A DNA stretch of 64,000 nt, from positions 20,212,001 through 20,276,000 of the forward strand of contig NC_043006.1 in the NCBI RefSeq assembly GCF_006345805.1, written 5' to 3'. Under the pieces are notes generated by a model. It saw only the letters and a list, made by a program, of their open reading frames with translations, was not told the origin of the DNA and made no database searches. The translations under genes were made by a program, and so were the position numbers. Shown in pieces: positions 23,883 through 37,093 of the stretch (positions within the stretch are counted from its first letter, which is position 1; every line of letters begins with the position of its first letter). This DNA is from Octopus sinensis (Eukaryota).

Positions 23883-24110
23883 TGGCACTTTGTCGGTTAA
23901 GACGACAAGGGTTCCAGCTGATCCCAATCAACGGAACAGCCTAACACAGAATGTGTCAAGGCTGGCCCATTGAAATACAGGCTCTGCTCATTTTTGCCAG
24001 CTGAGTGGGCTGGTGCAACGTGAAATAAAATGTCTTGTTCATGGACACGTGTCGCTGGGAATTGAACTCCTGGCCTTATGATTGTAAGCCGAATACCCTA
24101 ATCCCAAAGC
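23883..24110 (-). mobile_element. Degenerate tRNA-type SINE (family D-like head, family C-like tail)
   Basis: Minus strand shows GAGTTCAATTCCC B-box, a core-like segment and a GGAACCCTTGTCGTCTTAACCGAC tail. Confidence 0.6.
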
Positions 24111-24713
24111 CATACACCTTTTACCTCCAAAGTGATAAAACCAAAAAAAAAGCTTGTGGAAAAGTTTGGAGATGGCCGAATATTGGATGAAGACTTTGGG
24201 ATAGTATTTTATGACCAGATGCCCTTCTTGTTTCCAACTCCCCAACAATTTTCTCAAAGTTTTTTTTTTTCTTAATCTATTGGTTATCACATATTGAGAG
24301 TATTAACTGCAGAGTGTTATTGCCATTTTGCTCATTGTTCTACATCATGCAATATGCTATATTGGCACATGCTCTCTCTCACACACACACAGAGAAATGT
24401 TGGTGAGGTATTGTGTGATATTACTTTAAAGAAACTTATTCAAGGCTGGAATATTGCGAGAAGATATTAAGTAGACACTGGAGCTTGGTGCTCTGGCTTG
24501 CTTGCTCCTGTCAAACTGTCCAACCCATGCCAGCATATAAAAATGGATGTTAAATGATGATTAGACATTGGTGCCATCAGTACTGGGTATCTTAATCTGT
24601 TATTTAATTTTATTCAGTCCCAAAGTTTTTAGAATAGATACATGGAAGACTGATGGGAATATTATCTGCATGGACTTCAAGGGCTAGGTTGCTATTTAGT
24701 TACTCTCTCTTTT

Positions 24714-24920
24714 TCTCTTTTACTTGTTTGTCATTTGACTGCAGCCATGCTGGAGCACCGCCTTTAATCGAACAACTTGACCCCGGGACTTATTCTTTTG
24801 TAAGCCCAGTACTTATTCTATCGGTCTCTTTTGCCGAACCGCTAGGTAACGGGGACATAAACACACCAGCATTGGTTGTCAAGCAATGCTAGAGGGACAA
24901 ACACAGACACACAAACATAT

Positions 24921-24953
<33 letters not shown>

Positions 24954-25082
24954 CGACAGGCTTCTTTCAGTTTCCGTCTACCAAATCCACTCACAAGGCT
25001 TTGGTTGGCCCGAGACTATAGCAGAAGATACTTGCCCAAGATGCCACGCAGTGGGACTGAACCCGGAACCATGTGGTTGGTT
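24714..25082 (-). mobile_element. SINE family A (antisense)
   Basis: Reverse complement of the family A consensus, slightly 5'-truncated. Confidence 0.9.
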
Positions 25083-25571
25083 AGATTCTGACTTGAAGGG
25101 TTTTTGCATTGCTTATTCCGAAATTGAAGAAGACCCGAACACAAGATAACAGAAAGAAAATATTCCCAACAAATCCCTGGATTAAAATGTTACCATAGTG
25201 TCTACCCCCACCCCTATGATTCACAAAAAAAAAAAAAAAAATCAGAATCATTTGCACTAAATTGTGGAAACTGATCACTTATTATTCACAACAAATATTG
25301 AAACAATGCCAAGCAATAAATATGCGTAACAAGGGCTCGATTCTTGATTGTTCTTCTGTCAAAGCAGACATCACCTTATGTTCTGAAGAATGAGCTGTGT
25401 GACCAACTTCACCACAAACAGAGCAACTTGGGCTGGGATGTTTTGAAGCTGGATGCAACATGATGGACATTCTTCTTCTGAAAGTGTCATGGATGTTGCA
25501 GATAATCGTTTTAACTGCAATACTCCAAAAAGGCAATTTTGGTCAATATGCTCTGATTTGGTTATATACTC

Positions 25572-25937
25572 TATCGAAACATCAAATATATCCACTAGCA
25601 TTGGCAGCATCACCTGTAATGGAAAATCAATTTGTTTCAAATCTGAGGATCAATATTTTCAGATGATCCACAATGACAAGTACAGCAGCGTTGGTCACCT
25701 CACGTTTTTTTTAGCCAATGAAACCAGTCAAAAATTTTGTCAGAAATATTTTTTTCACATACCTCAGTGAATGTAACAAAGCGAAATGTCTTCGTCTTTG
25801 CATCAATAAGAATTTTATTTGATCCTTGAAGTTGTTTATTTAACATATTCAGTTTTTCAAAGATATCTGTGAAGTAACTCACAAATGCTTTACCATCAAT
25901 GGTTAGCAGGTGCTTCATTTAAGGCTTGTCACTTAAA
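25572..25937 (-). pseudogene. Second, short copy of the hAT (Buster-type) transposase segment
   Basis: KHLLTIDGKAFVSYFTDIFEKLNMLNKQLQGSNKILIDAKTK; near-identical to 30190-30401 + 30760-30935. Confidence 0.85.
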
Positions 25938-28229
25938 CAAAGAAAAAATAAATAATTTTGGTTCCAGCTGATAGCCCTTAAAATTGTGGTTCAAACGAGC
26001 CCTCAATCACTATCAGGTGATTATTTTAACCCGAGATATTTTTTTTCCTGAATTAGCCAATCTGGGCACAATGTGCACCGCTTAACAACCAGTGTTAGTG
26101 TGTTTACGTTCCCCGTAACTAAGCAGTTCTGCAAAGAGACAGGTAGAATAAAGTACTAGGCTTTAAAAAAAAATGTCTTGGCGTTGATTTATTCAACTAA
26201 AACCCTTCAAGGAAGTGCCCCAGCATGGCCGTAGCTAAGTGACTGAAACAAATAAAAGATGTATGGAAAACACAAAGGGTTCCTGTTCAGTTTGTGTCTA
26301 CAATTACCATTAGCACATCATGGGTTGGCCTGAGGAAGACATTTGCTCAAGATGTCCCACAATGGGATAGTTTACAAATCAAGCTCTGTAAGCACACAAT
26401 CAACTTGTATTTTCAGTTTTCAAGACATTTTTACTTAACAATATTGTTTGTTTCCATGCATCTTCACAGAATAGAAAGCACCATTGTGGGTTAATAAATT
26501 TATGTGTCTATAGTAATACGCAACATTGTGAATAGGTCATACATTATACATTGGTTGTTGATTCAGTTGGGTTTTTCCCAGAAATGTCATTTAGTATTTT
26601 ATTAAAACACTTTTACTTTATTTTATCTGTCAATCAATAACCGATTCATATGAAGGGCATCCAGCTGCGAAAACCATATGAAAGCAGACATTGCCACATA
26701 AAAAGTACCAGCCTACTCTGTAAGGTGATTGAAATTAGGAAGGGCATCTAACTCCAAAAACCATGCCAAGCAGACCTTGCTGGTGCCATGTAAAAAAGCA
26801 CCCAGTCCACTCTGTAACTTGGAACTATCAAACCCATGCCAGTGTGAAAAATGGGCGTTAAATGATGATGATGATTAGATATTGGTGCCATTAGTACTGG
26901 GTTTCTTAATCTGTTATTTAATTTTATTATCCCTGTGTGCCATAAGATGCAACTAAAAAGGGTCAGTTTCAGGAAGGGCAACCAACTGTAAAACATTCTC
27001 AAACAAAAGAAAAGCAAACTGAATAAACTTCCATCTAATCCATGCCACAATGCATAATAGGATGATGATAATCTGACGTCAATATTACTATATAAAAAAG
27101 AAGGTATTGAAAACTAATTAAGATATAGTTGGAGAGAAACATTTATCTCTCCAATTTTTTCATTTATTAAATGTCTTCATCATCATCATCGTTTAAAGTC
27201 TGTTTTCCCTGCTAGCACGGGTTGGACGGTTCAACCAGGGTCTGGGAAGCCAGGGACTGCACCAGGCTCTAGTCTGATCTGGCAGTGTTTCCACAGCTGG
27301 ATGCCCTTCCTAACGCCAACCACTCCGCGAGTGTAGTGGGTGCTTTTTACGTGCCACCGGCACAATGAAACTATGTTCTCAGTAAATCATATTTCATGGC
27401 AAATTTTGAAAATTGATTCAATTCCATTGGTTTGATAATGATACATACATACATACTATTTCTTACTGTTTCTCTCCTTACAACCACTTCATAAACACAT
27501 TTCTCTATTCAGTTCAGTTCAGTTCATATAACTTTATCTTTGCTCGACAAAAATCCATTTTGAAAAGACAACAGTAGCAGTGCAGCAGTAGCAAATTGAA
27601 CTGGCCTCTTCATTGTCGGTTTACATACCAACGTTTGATGGTTTCCTGTTTGAAAGTGACTCTCAAAAGCTTGTTTATTAAAGCAGCTGCTAATGATGAT
27701 GATGATGATTGTTTTTTAATACAATAATGATAATGTAATGGCTGTACATGCCTTCTGCTTCTTCCCCACTTCATTATTTTTAACAGTGGATCATACATTG
27801 TTTCTTACTGCTTTCTGTTGGTTGTTTTTCTTTACAACTTATGCTTCTTCGTCATTGTTGTACATCTGTTGATCCAACAAGGACCATCTAATTATCTTAG
27901 AGTGGTGCGGCTTTGTGAGAGTGCAGATTGCAAGTTAATCCAATCTGTGCATGCAAGGATTGGATTAGCCCTTTAATGTTCAGATTACTCTGTTAAATGT
28001 AATACTTTTTCACTCAAATTGTTTTGAATTAATCATGCATTATCTTATAGCTTTGAGGTTTCAATGATGTGATTGTTAATTTTCAGAATGGCATTGTAGG
28101 TTAGGAGTGAGAGGCTGGATATCGCCAGTTTGAATATAAAACATGTAGAATATATTGGGTCGGATTCGGCCTGTTTAAACACTAAAGGGTGAAGTAGTAC
28201 TTGGTGACAGTCTGTGCTGGGATGCTTGT

Positions 28230-28975
28230 GGTGACAGAAAATCTGATGGTATTTTCCTTTCTGGTTTGTCTGTGTTGCTCAGCTGCAGTCACTCTGCTGG
28301 CCCTTTCATGTCTTGGAGCCCTTGTGGACTGCTGTATACTCGTCTATACAACATTTTCTATTTCTACTCTTTGTGGTTAATATTGACCTTCAGTGAAGCT
28401 TTCAGTGTGTCTTTGTAGAACACCTTTTCTGGCTACCTCAGGTGTGTTTACCATGTTGGAGTTCGCACAATTTCTCTAGGAGCCAGTGAGCTGCCTAGCA
28501 CAGCTGTGACTGTATCAGGATTGTGTGGATGTTGGACAGTTAAATACAAGAGTGTTTTTTCTGTATCAGTTATCCTGTTTTGCAATTTGATGCCAAAAAT
28601 TTACTGAGGTAGATTGTATAGAAGCAGTTCAGCTTCCTTGCATGCTGTTTATGGTGAGTGAGAACTTGTCCAATTACACCTTGATCTTTGTCTCTAGAGT
28701 GATGTCTCTCCTGTTCCCCATATTCTTGTGGAATCTGCTGGATATAGCATTGACCTTAGTGAATCTGGCATTCACCTTGTCGTCAGTGACAACACTTCGG
28801 GAGTGTATGCTTCCCAAGTGGGTGAACTTGCTCACCACATTCAGTAGTTGTCTGTTGATTTATGTTTGGTGCAACATATGTCTTTCTTGGAGCTGGCAAA
28901 TATTTCAAGTCAGTCTTCTTTTTTGTATTGACCATTTGACTGAAATTGTTATAGATGACAGAAACCTTGTAAGCA
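28230..28975 (-). mobile_element. Degenerate RTE-BovB-like LINE ORF2 fragment
   Basis: Minus-strand remnants such as PAPRKTYVAPNI, VVSKFTHLGS, ITLETKIKV and HARKLNCF resemble the post-RT region of BovB-type RTE. Confidence 0.7.
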
Positions 28976-30401
28976 ACATATTTCTTATTAGTCTTCTATG
29001 TCATACATTATAACGGATATCATTAGAAATTTCTTCTTGTCAAGTTGCTTCATCTCAAGTCACATTTATTCAACTTCGTTTTTTATGATCTACTTGCTAC
29101 TACTTTTAACAAAACGCACATACACTCACACATGCTCCTTTACTGATTATACTGACTGTCACTTAAATGTCTTCGTCACAGGCACATTATGCTAGGCCTG
29201 CGTAACTGTTATGCACTGCGAAAACATTCTCTAAGTAGGACATAAATACTGTAGTCTCCTTTAATAGCACCAGAACACAAATACTATAAATATTAATACA
29301 CCCTGTGCATAAAACTGCTACAAATATTAGATCTTAGAATATCTGTTGATATCTTAACTAAGGCCTCATGTATGTAACATTGCTAAAACTACATCCCATA
29401 CATTAAACTTTGTATTTAGAGCCAGGAAGTATTTCTACTCTAACCAGTTAAGACCAGTGGTTCCCAACTGATTTTTGACCATGCCCCGCCAAATCATTTC
29501 TGAAATCCTGATGTCCCCTTGTGATATTTCATTTTTGTTATTCAAAATTTTACTACTATTCACTTGGAGGAAGCTTAAAAGGCTATTAACTTGGTCTCTA
29601 AACAAGCTTCCAAGGAACATGGCATTCATGAAAGAGAAAAAGACGACAAAAAAAAATGGAAGAACAGTTAAATTAAAGTTTCAAAAGCATTGTTGTGGAG
29701 GACACTTTGAGCCAGAGAAGCAGGCTGTTCCACTACAAATAAATAGTTGACAGGCATAACAAGTAGGTGAGGCATACTGTTGGACCAGTCAGGCCATCAT
29801 TGAATTATGTCGTCATAACACCACACAAAACCATGTCGAGCAAGACACAACAAGCATATAATAGAGAACTGAAATGCAGAAATATAAAATATTTGTGCTT
29901 CATGCCTATTACAGAGAGATTTTATATTAGGTACCAATTTAGTCAGCTTTAGTCTCAAGTTTCCAGTCAATTTCTTTTCTTCGATAACAAATCATTTACA
30001 GCACTAAAGCCACATTCAGCTAAATATGAAGATGGGAACGGTAGCAACAATTTTCTTGCAAAGTTGATTGAATTTGGGTATTTGGTTTCTGTCTCATCTT
30101 TTTGAGGTATGGCATCAATCCTTTTATATTGAATAAAGTTTTAACTGACTCAAATCATTTTGCATTTCCAAGAGTTCTTCTTGGTATTGTATCGAAACAT
30201 CAAATATATCCACTAGCATTGGCTGCATCACCTGTAATGGAAAATCAATTTGTTTCAAATCAGAAAATCTTACTTTCAAATCTGAGGATCAATATTTTCA
30301 GATGATCCACAAATGACAAGTACAGCAGCATTGGTCACCTCACGTTTTTTTTAGCCAATGAAACCAGTCAAAAATTTTGTCAGAAATATTTTTTTCACAT
30401 A

Positions 30402-30522
30402 ATGGTTCTGGGTTCAGTCCCACTGCGTGACACCTTGGGCAAGTGTCTTCTGCTATAGTTCCGGGCCGACCAATGCCTTGTGAGTGGATTTGGTAGACGG
30501 AAACTGAAAGAAGCCTGTCGTA

Positions 30523-30579
<57 letters not shown>

Positions 30580-30759
30580 CCCTAGTATTGCTTGACAACC
30601 GATGCTGGTGTGTTTACGTCCCCGTCACTTAGCGGTTCGATAGAATAAGTACTGGGCTTACAAAGAATAAGTCCCGGGGTCGATTTGATCGACTAAAGGC
30701 GGTGCTCCAGCATAGCCGCAGTCAAATGACTGAAACAAGTAAAAGAGTAAAAGAGAGAA
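30402..30759 (+). mobile_element. SINE family A, 5'-truncated, inside the hAT transposase
   Basis: Absent from the paralogous copy at 25572-25937. Confidence 0.9.
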
Positions 30760-31235
30760 TACCTCAGTGAGTGTAACAAAACAAATGTCTTCGTCTTTGC
30801 ATCAATAAGAATTTTATTTGATCCTTGAAGTTGTTTATTTAACATATTCAGTTTTTCAAAGATATCTGTGAAGTAACTCACAAATGCTTTACCATCAACG
30901 GTTAGCAGGTGCTTCATTTCAAGCTTGTAACTTAAAAAGTCAGTAAGAACATCAAAAAGTTCCATAAATCTGTTCAAGCAATTCCCCTTTGAGAACCATC
31001 TTACCTCAGCGTGAGATAAGTCTCACATAGTCTGCATTTTCATTTTCACAAAACTGCTTGAAAAGACGATCACATTTGGATTTAGTTTTGATAGCATTGA
31101 TACATTTTAAAACTGATTTTAGTACCTCGTTGAGAACAGGAGACATATTTTTGGATACTACATTCTCTCTATGAATAACACAGTGCACAAGAAGCATTTC
31201 TGGGTTCTCATCTTTTCATCAATTTTAAGCAGCCT

Positions 31236-31482
31236 TGGCACGTAAAAGCACCCTCCGTTCGTGGCCGTTTGCCAGCTCCGTCTGGCACCTGTGCAGGTGG
31301 CACGTAAAAAGCATCCACTACACTCACGGAGTGGTTGGCATTAGGAAGGGCATCCAGCTGTAGAAACATTGCCAGATAAGACCGGAGCCTGGTGCAGCCT
31401 TCTGGCTTCACAGACCCCAGTTGAACCGTCCAACCCATGCTAGCATGGAAAGCGGACGCTAAATGATGATGATGATGATGAT
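31236..31482 (+). mobile_element. RTE-clade 3' UTR copy inside the hAT transposase
   Basis: Array units, 3' module, (GAT)n. Confidence 0.85.
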
Positions 31483-31897
31483 AACAAGAGCACCATCTGC
31501 AGAACAAGATGTTATGTTCTCTATTGGTATATTGTTGACATGCAAGTAATTTTTTAGCTTATCATATATATCAGTGGCGGTAGTGGTGGATTCTAATGAG
31601 TTGCAGAATATCATTTCTTCAGCAAATTCACCTTTATCAGTATATCTTGCATAGATTAGCAATACAACCTTGCTGTCTCTTAGAGTTGATTCATCCATTT
31701 GTAATGAGAATTTTCTTGATTTCAGCTTTTCAACAAGTTGTTTCAATATCTTCACTCATTTTATCTATTCTCCTACTAACAGTATTGTTACTGAGTGGCA
31801 CAGCTTGAACAACTTGGTCGTCTTTTTCCAGGACTGTTTTAAAAAATGCTGATATTGGTGGTTTAATTAAATTCTCTCCAATAGTATGATTTTTTAC

Positions 31898-32085
31898 GGT
31901 GGCACGTAAAAAGCACCCACTACACTCTTGGAGTGGTTGGCGTTAGGAAGGGCATCCAGCTGTAGAAACTCTGCCAGATCAAGATTGGAGCCTGGTGCAG
32001 CCATCTGGTTTGCCAGCCCTCAGTCAAAATCGTCCAACTCATGCTAGCATGGAAAGCGGACGTTAAACGTTGATGATGATGATTT
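31898..32085 (+). mobile_element. RTE-clade 3' end inside the hAT transposase
   Basis: One unit + 3' module + tail. Confidence 0.85.
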
Positions 32086-32336
32086 AGCAATGAGTAATGA
32101 AATTTCATAACTAGCCTCAAGAGTGTGACTAATGTTGTTCTTTTTGCAAACTTCTCCATTAAAGACTTAAAGTAGTTTAAATCTGAATTTTCATACGTAC
32201 TATGTTTTGTCTTCAAATGCAGCTCAAGATGATTTGGTTTCACTGATTTGTTGATCAGGCATTGTTGGTACAGGATGCAGAAAGGTGACTGTTTATCATG
32301 GATAGCAGTTATAAATCCAAATTTTAAATATTCCTC

Positions 32337-32778
32337 CGTGTCGGTGGCACATAAAAAGCACCATCCAAATCGTGTCCGAAGCCAGTGCCGCCTCGACTGG
32401 CTTTCATGCAGGTGGCACGTAAAAAGCACCATCCGAAGCCAGCGCCGCCTCGACTGGCTTCCATGTCGGTGGCACGTAAAAAGCACCATCTGAATCGTGT
32501 CCGAAGCCAGTGCCGCCTCGACTGGCTTCCGTGCAGGTGGCACGTAAAATGCACCAATCCGACTGTTGCCGATGCCAGCCTCGCCTGGCACCAGTGCAGG
32601 TGGCACGTAAAAAGCACCCACTACACTCACGGAGTGGTTGGCGTTAGGAAGGGCATCCAGCTGTAGAAACATTGCCAGATAAGACCGGAGCCTGGTGCAG
32701 CCTTCTGGCTTCCCAGATCCCCAGTCAAACCGTCCAACCCATGCTAGCATGGAGAACGGACGTTAAACGATGATGATG
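32337..32778 (+). mobile_element. RTE-clade 3' UTR copy with ~5 array units
   Basis: Repeated GGTGGCACGTAAAAAGCACCATC(C/T)GAA units, then 3' module and tail. Confidence 0.88.
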
Positions 32779-33073
32779 AATATTGACAAACTTTTTTTTT
32801 ACATGCATTACTCGTTTTATGTATTTTTGAATCAAACACAAAGAGATTTCAGTTCAAGCAAATTTTTTCAACAATTTCTTCAAAAAAAGATTTGAGTATA
32901 CACTTTTGGAAAATATGCTCCAAAAGAAATAAAAAAATATTCCGTGGATCTTCTCAGCTGCAAAAGCCTTTCTATCAATGAGCTTACCTTTTTGCTGAAT
33001 TCACAAACTCCATAATAATTCTTGACTGGTGGGAATAAAATGACTTGTTAATATTCATCTCTGTTTGTGTGTG

Positions 33074-33107
<34 letters not shown>

Positions 33108-33914
33108 CGCGTGTGCGCGCACACGTTACCAGTACCATAAATATCTGTCTGTTTGTCTGTCTCCAGTTTATTTCTCCATAGGGAATTAAGTTGGCATTGC
33201 TTTCAGTACTGACTAGTTCTATAGTACATACATACATGCACACACACGCGTGCACGTGCATTTTTGTAATTACCTACACGTTTTCACATACCAAAGGAAA
33301 TAAATTAAGCGACATCAGATCTTGTGATGATGAAAAAAAAATTTGATAAAATTGTCCACAGAAGGGATGTAAAGATTTTTTTTTTTTATAGCTCATTCTC
33401 GAATTGTCTCCCTTCTCTGTTGGCATAGTTGTGTACAAGAGGTACAGATAACCATACGCATGCCCCACCAAATTATTACCATGCCCCATGTTGGGAATTA
33501 CAGGTTATTGGAGTATTTGCTTACTCACATCTTGAGTGGTGCAGATGTACACACACACACACACTGAACTGCATCTGAAAGAAAAACCAGCTAATTGGCA
33601 AAGATGCAATCTAATAATAATAATAAATGTGAAAACTAAGAGAAAGAGTGGGTATGGGGTAGAAAGAGGGAGATGATATACAACTTTGTTAAGCCATGTC
33701 TCTTTGACAGAAATTCCTGTCCTCAACATACTGAATACTATCATTTTGGTGATGAGCGCACCCCATCCTTTTTCCATTATTCCCCCCCCCCATCCTAAAA
33801 GAGATCACCATCCTTGAACTCATATCTCATGCCAGTAGCTATACAATGGTAAAAAAATTAAATAAATAAATGGTAAATAGCATTCCAAATTGAAAAGAAA
33901 TTGCTCCTCTTCCC

Positions 33915-34235
33915 TCTCTACCTGTCTGTCTGTCTATCTATCACCTGCCTATCTCTGATCTACCTATCACCTACCTACCACCCACCTATCTACCTACCAC
34001 CTACCTACCACCCACCTATCTATCTATCACTTACCTACCCATCTATCATCTACCTATCACCTACCTACCCATCTATCACCTACCTATCTGCCTATCACCC
34101 ACCTATCACCTACCTACCACCCACCTATCTACCTATCACTTACCTACCCATCTATCACCTACCTATCTACCTATCACCCACCTATCTACCTATCACCTAC
34201 CTACCCATCAATCACCTACCTATCCATCCATCCAA
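33915..34235. repeat. Compound microsatellite (CTAT/CTAC/CAC; CTATCACCTAC-type higher-order unit)
   Basis: Directly visible low-complexity tandem array, followed by a GGT/GAT-rich tract to ~34410. Confidence 0.9.
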
Positions 34236-34883
34236 CCATCTCTGGTGGTGGTAGCCAGGGCAGTCAGGGATGATGGTAATAGTATGTGATGTGAAAGACA
34301 GTGGTGATGGTAGGGTGGAGGGCAAGGCAGCGGCATCAGAAGTCTGAATGGTGTGTGTATGGCAGTTGTGGTGGCGATGGTACTAGTGATGGTAATGGTG
34401 ATGGTTGAAAACACTCAGCAGAAAGAGAAAGAAAGAGGTTAGACTGAAAAAATAATTGTACTGACCTCTGAATGGGAAGACGAAAGACGTTTATCATGAA
34501 GCTTTGACAAATTATATTATTATTTTGATAAAAATTGTTCATTGCATGAAAAATATTGGTCAAGTTTGATAAAATTTAATATGTATGTATTCAATGCATG
34601 AAGTGTCATTGTTTGGCTCAAGGCCCAATGAGGAGCCCTCCATAGGAGCTGGCTTAAAAGCTGCCTGGTAGAGTGGCATTTAAGCTAGTCACAAATATGT
34701 TGTAATCACTGACTGTCAGACACACAACTTCTCTTCTCTGTCTCTTCTATTGCTTCAACAAATAGAACAATTTTTTTTTTAATAGCCTTTGTATGCAATC
34801 TCTATCCCAGAGTCAATACATTTACCTTTCATTTTGACATTTTTTCCCGACCAAGCACTTCACTAAATGGTGTGCTCAGTAAT

Positions 34884-35113
34884 GGCGGCAAGCTGGCAGA
34901 AACGTTAGCATGTCGGGCGAAATGCTTAGCGGTATTTCGTCTGCCGTTACATTTTGAGTTCAAATTCCGCCGAGGTCGACTTTACCTTTCATCCTTTCGG
35001 GGTCAATAAATTAAGTACCAGTTACGCACTGGGGTCGATGTAATCGACTTAATACCTATGTCTGTCCTTGTTTGTCCCTTCTATGTTTAGCCCCTTGTGG
35101 GTAATAAAGAAAT
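34884..35113 (+). mobile_element. SINE family B
   Basis: Full consensus; flanking GGTGTGCTCAGTA direct repeat. Confidence 0.9.
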
Positions 35114-35681
35114 GGGTGTGCTCAGTACTCACTTCTTTCTAGAGTTTACTTTCTAGAAGTCTCACTTTCTTCAAGTTTGTCCTGCTGACATCAATCTTTG
35201 ATCATTTTTATTGTTCGTCCTTTTAGGGTTGTTTCAAAAATAATCAACCAATCCAGTGCAATAGACTGGTGGAACTGTAAGAACAGTAGACTGATGCCTT
35301 GTAGTATTCTATTCTTTGCATTCTGAGTTCAAATCCTGCCATGGACTACTTGGGTAATAGGTTGACTTAATCAGTCACACCACTTAGCAATTTGGTTGCT
35401 TTTAATGGAGTCTGCCTTTTTCTAAAAAGTTGGGTCAGGTTTCTGGTTTGAGGATACATTACTTTGTTTCTTCTCATTCACAAAGAAAGACCTTGTAAAA
35501 GATGATAGGCACTCCCTTCCTCAACAAATGTATCATTAAAAAAAAGTCTTAAATTTTTTTTCTGTGCCTCACTTAAATTTTAATTCACATCATAGTTCAT
35601 AAATTGTCTTAGTTGTTTCATGCACTGAATGTATAAAACAATATTTCTAATTTCTTTAATGTCGATTTTTTCTATTTTCAG

Positions 35682-35761
35682 GGAAAATTCTTGAAGATGA
35701 GAAAAAAATAGTTGACTATGATATAGAAGAAAGTAAATTTGTTGTTCTTATGGTAACTAAA
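35682..35761 (+). CDS. RAD23: RAD23 coding exon (end of UBL domain)
   Basis: ttttcag acceptor, gtaagt donor; (G)KILEDEKKIVDYDIEESKFVVLMVTK matches RAD23 GKIL...FVVVMVTK; phases join the previous exon. 80 nt. Confidence 0.96.
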
Positions 35762-36495
35762 GTAAGTTTCCAAACTAAATTTCATTTTTAATTATTTAGA
35801 ACAGTATCTCTCAGTCATTTTTGTCCCACACCTACCTGGGTTTTCCCAATTTAATAAACAGAAAAAAGGTTCAACCTTCTCCCACCATGAACGAATGTAT
35901 ATAGCATATATAAGGAAAACTTTATCTTAAGTTTTATTCATTTGTTGCTTATGACTTGTTTTGAAGCAATCTACTTCCCACCCAAACATTGCCAAGTCTG
36001 TCTACAAGGGCATGCACCCACCCTTGGAAAACATTGGTTTGGAATTTTCCTTGTGGTAGATATTTTACTTTCAAAAGTTTAATTACAAGGTCAGAACTGT
36101 TAATATTCTCCTAATAGAAACTGTTATCATCATCATCATCATTTGCTTTCCATGCTGGCACAGGGAACTGTCCAGACTCCAGCTGTCTGTTGTGGCATGG
36201 TTTCTATGGCTGGATGACCTTCCTAATGTCAACCACTTCACAGAGTGTGCTGGGTACTTCTTATCTGCCACTGGCACAGGTGCTTTTTATGTGGTACTGG
36301 CACCTGAAGGTACAAAACTGTAAGTGTGGAAGACAGCGATTTCACTTGACATGTCTTATCAAGTACAGCAAAATTGCCATTTCTCCTAGTCACTTGTGAG
36401 ACAAAACATCTTCGCCTTTTATAATTTGAATTCAAATTCTACCAAGGTTGACTTTACCTTCCATTGTTTTGGGATGGGGTCAGTAAAATTACCCA

Positions 36496-36900
36496 TAAAA
36501 TTATTAACCATCTTACAAACAATAACTCTGAGCACCTTTTCAAACTCCACCCATCTAACACCCGTGGACATATTTACAAAGTAAGAAAACAGCACAGCTC
36601 CCATGACTTCAGGAAACATTTTTTCACGCTGAGAGTTGCTGAAGCATGGAACAAACTGCCGGCATCAGTTGTTAGTTGTCGGAGCACTGCATCCTTCAAA
36701 ACTTTCATGCTTCCTGAGATTCGCCAACACTACACCTGATTTTCTCCCCTCCATACACACACAAGCATGTATCTGACTCATACATTGTTCGCTTTCCAGA
36801 CATTTCTACATTACTGCATGTACTTTATATGCACTTTCTGACAAGTTGTGCTGCACCTGAGCACTGTATACAATTAATTTCATTATTATTATTATTATTA
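36496..36900 (+). mobile_element. CR1-like LINE 3' end
   Basis: KIINHLTNNNSEHLF...RGHIYKVRKQHSSHDFRKHFFTLRVAEAWNKLPASVV...FK*, 3' UTR and (ATT)n tail. Confidence 0.9.
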
Positions 36901-37093
36901 TATACTAGTTAAATATTGGAGTTGGTGGCATCAACTAATCACCTCCCCTATGCTTCAAGTTTTGTGTCTATGCTAAAAACAATTAAGGACACCTAATTTG
37001 CAGACTCGTTAAAGCATTGGACAAACTACCTTACAGTATTCCTTTTGGTTCATTACATGTTAAGTTCATATCCTGTCGAAGTCAACTTTATCG

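Larger units (their letters stand above)
29455..33503 (-). mobile_element. hAT (Buster/Charlie-type) DNA transposon relic with nested insertions
   Basis: CAGTGGTTCCCAAC terminus at 29455, degenerate GTTGGGAATTACAG at ~33490; transposase remnants EYLKFGF (BED-like), FSLQMDEST, HCVIHRE, LLLPFPSSYLAECGFS across ~29895-32334. Confidence 0.85.

Noticed and set aside
27506-27528. (TTCAG)n tract resembling an antisense BovB tail
   Set aside because: Only ~4 units and not contiguous with the BovB-like fragment at 28230-28975.
31920-32750. 276-aa ORF, the longest in the track
   Set aside because: Chance fusion of antisense RTE UTR, hAT N-terminal remnant and another antisense RTE end; no splice or promoter support.
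33901-34254. 117-aa Tyr/Leu/Pro-rich ORF
   Set aside because: Translation of a compound microsatellite.
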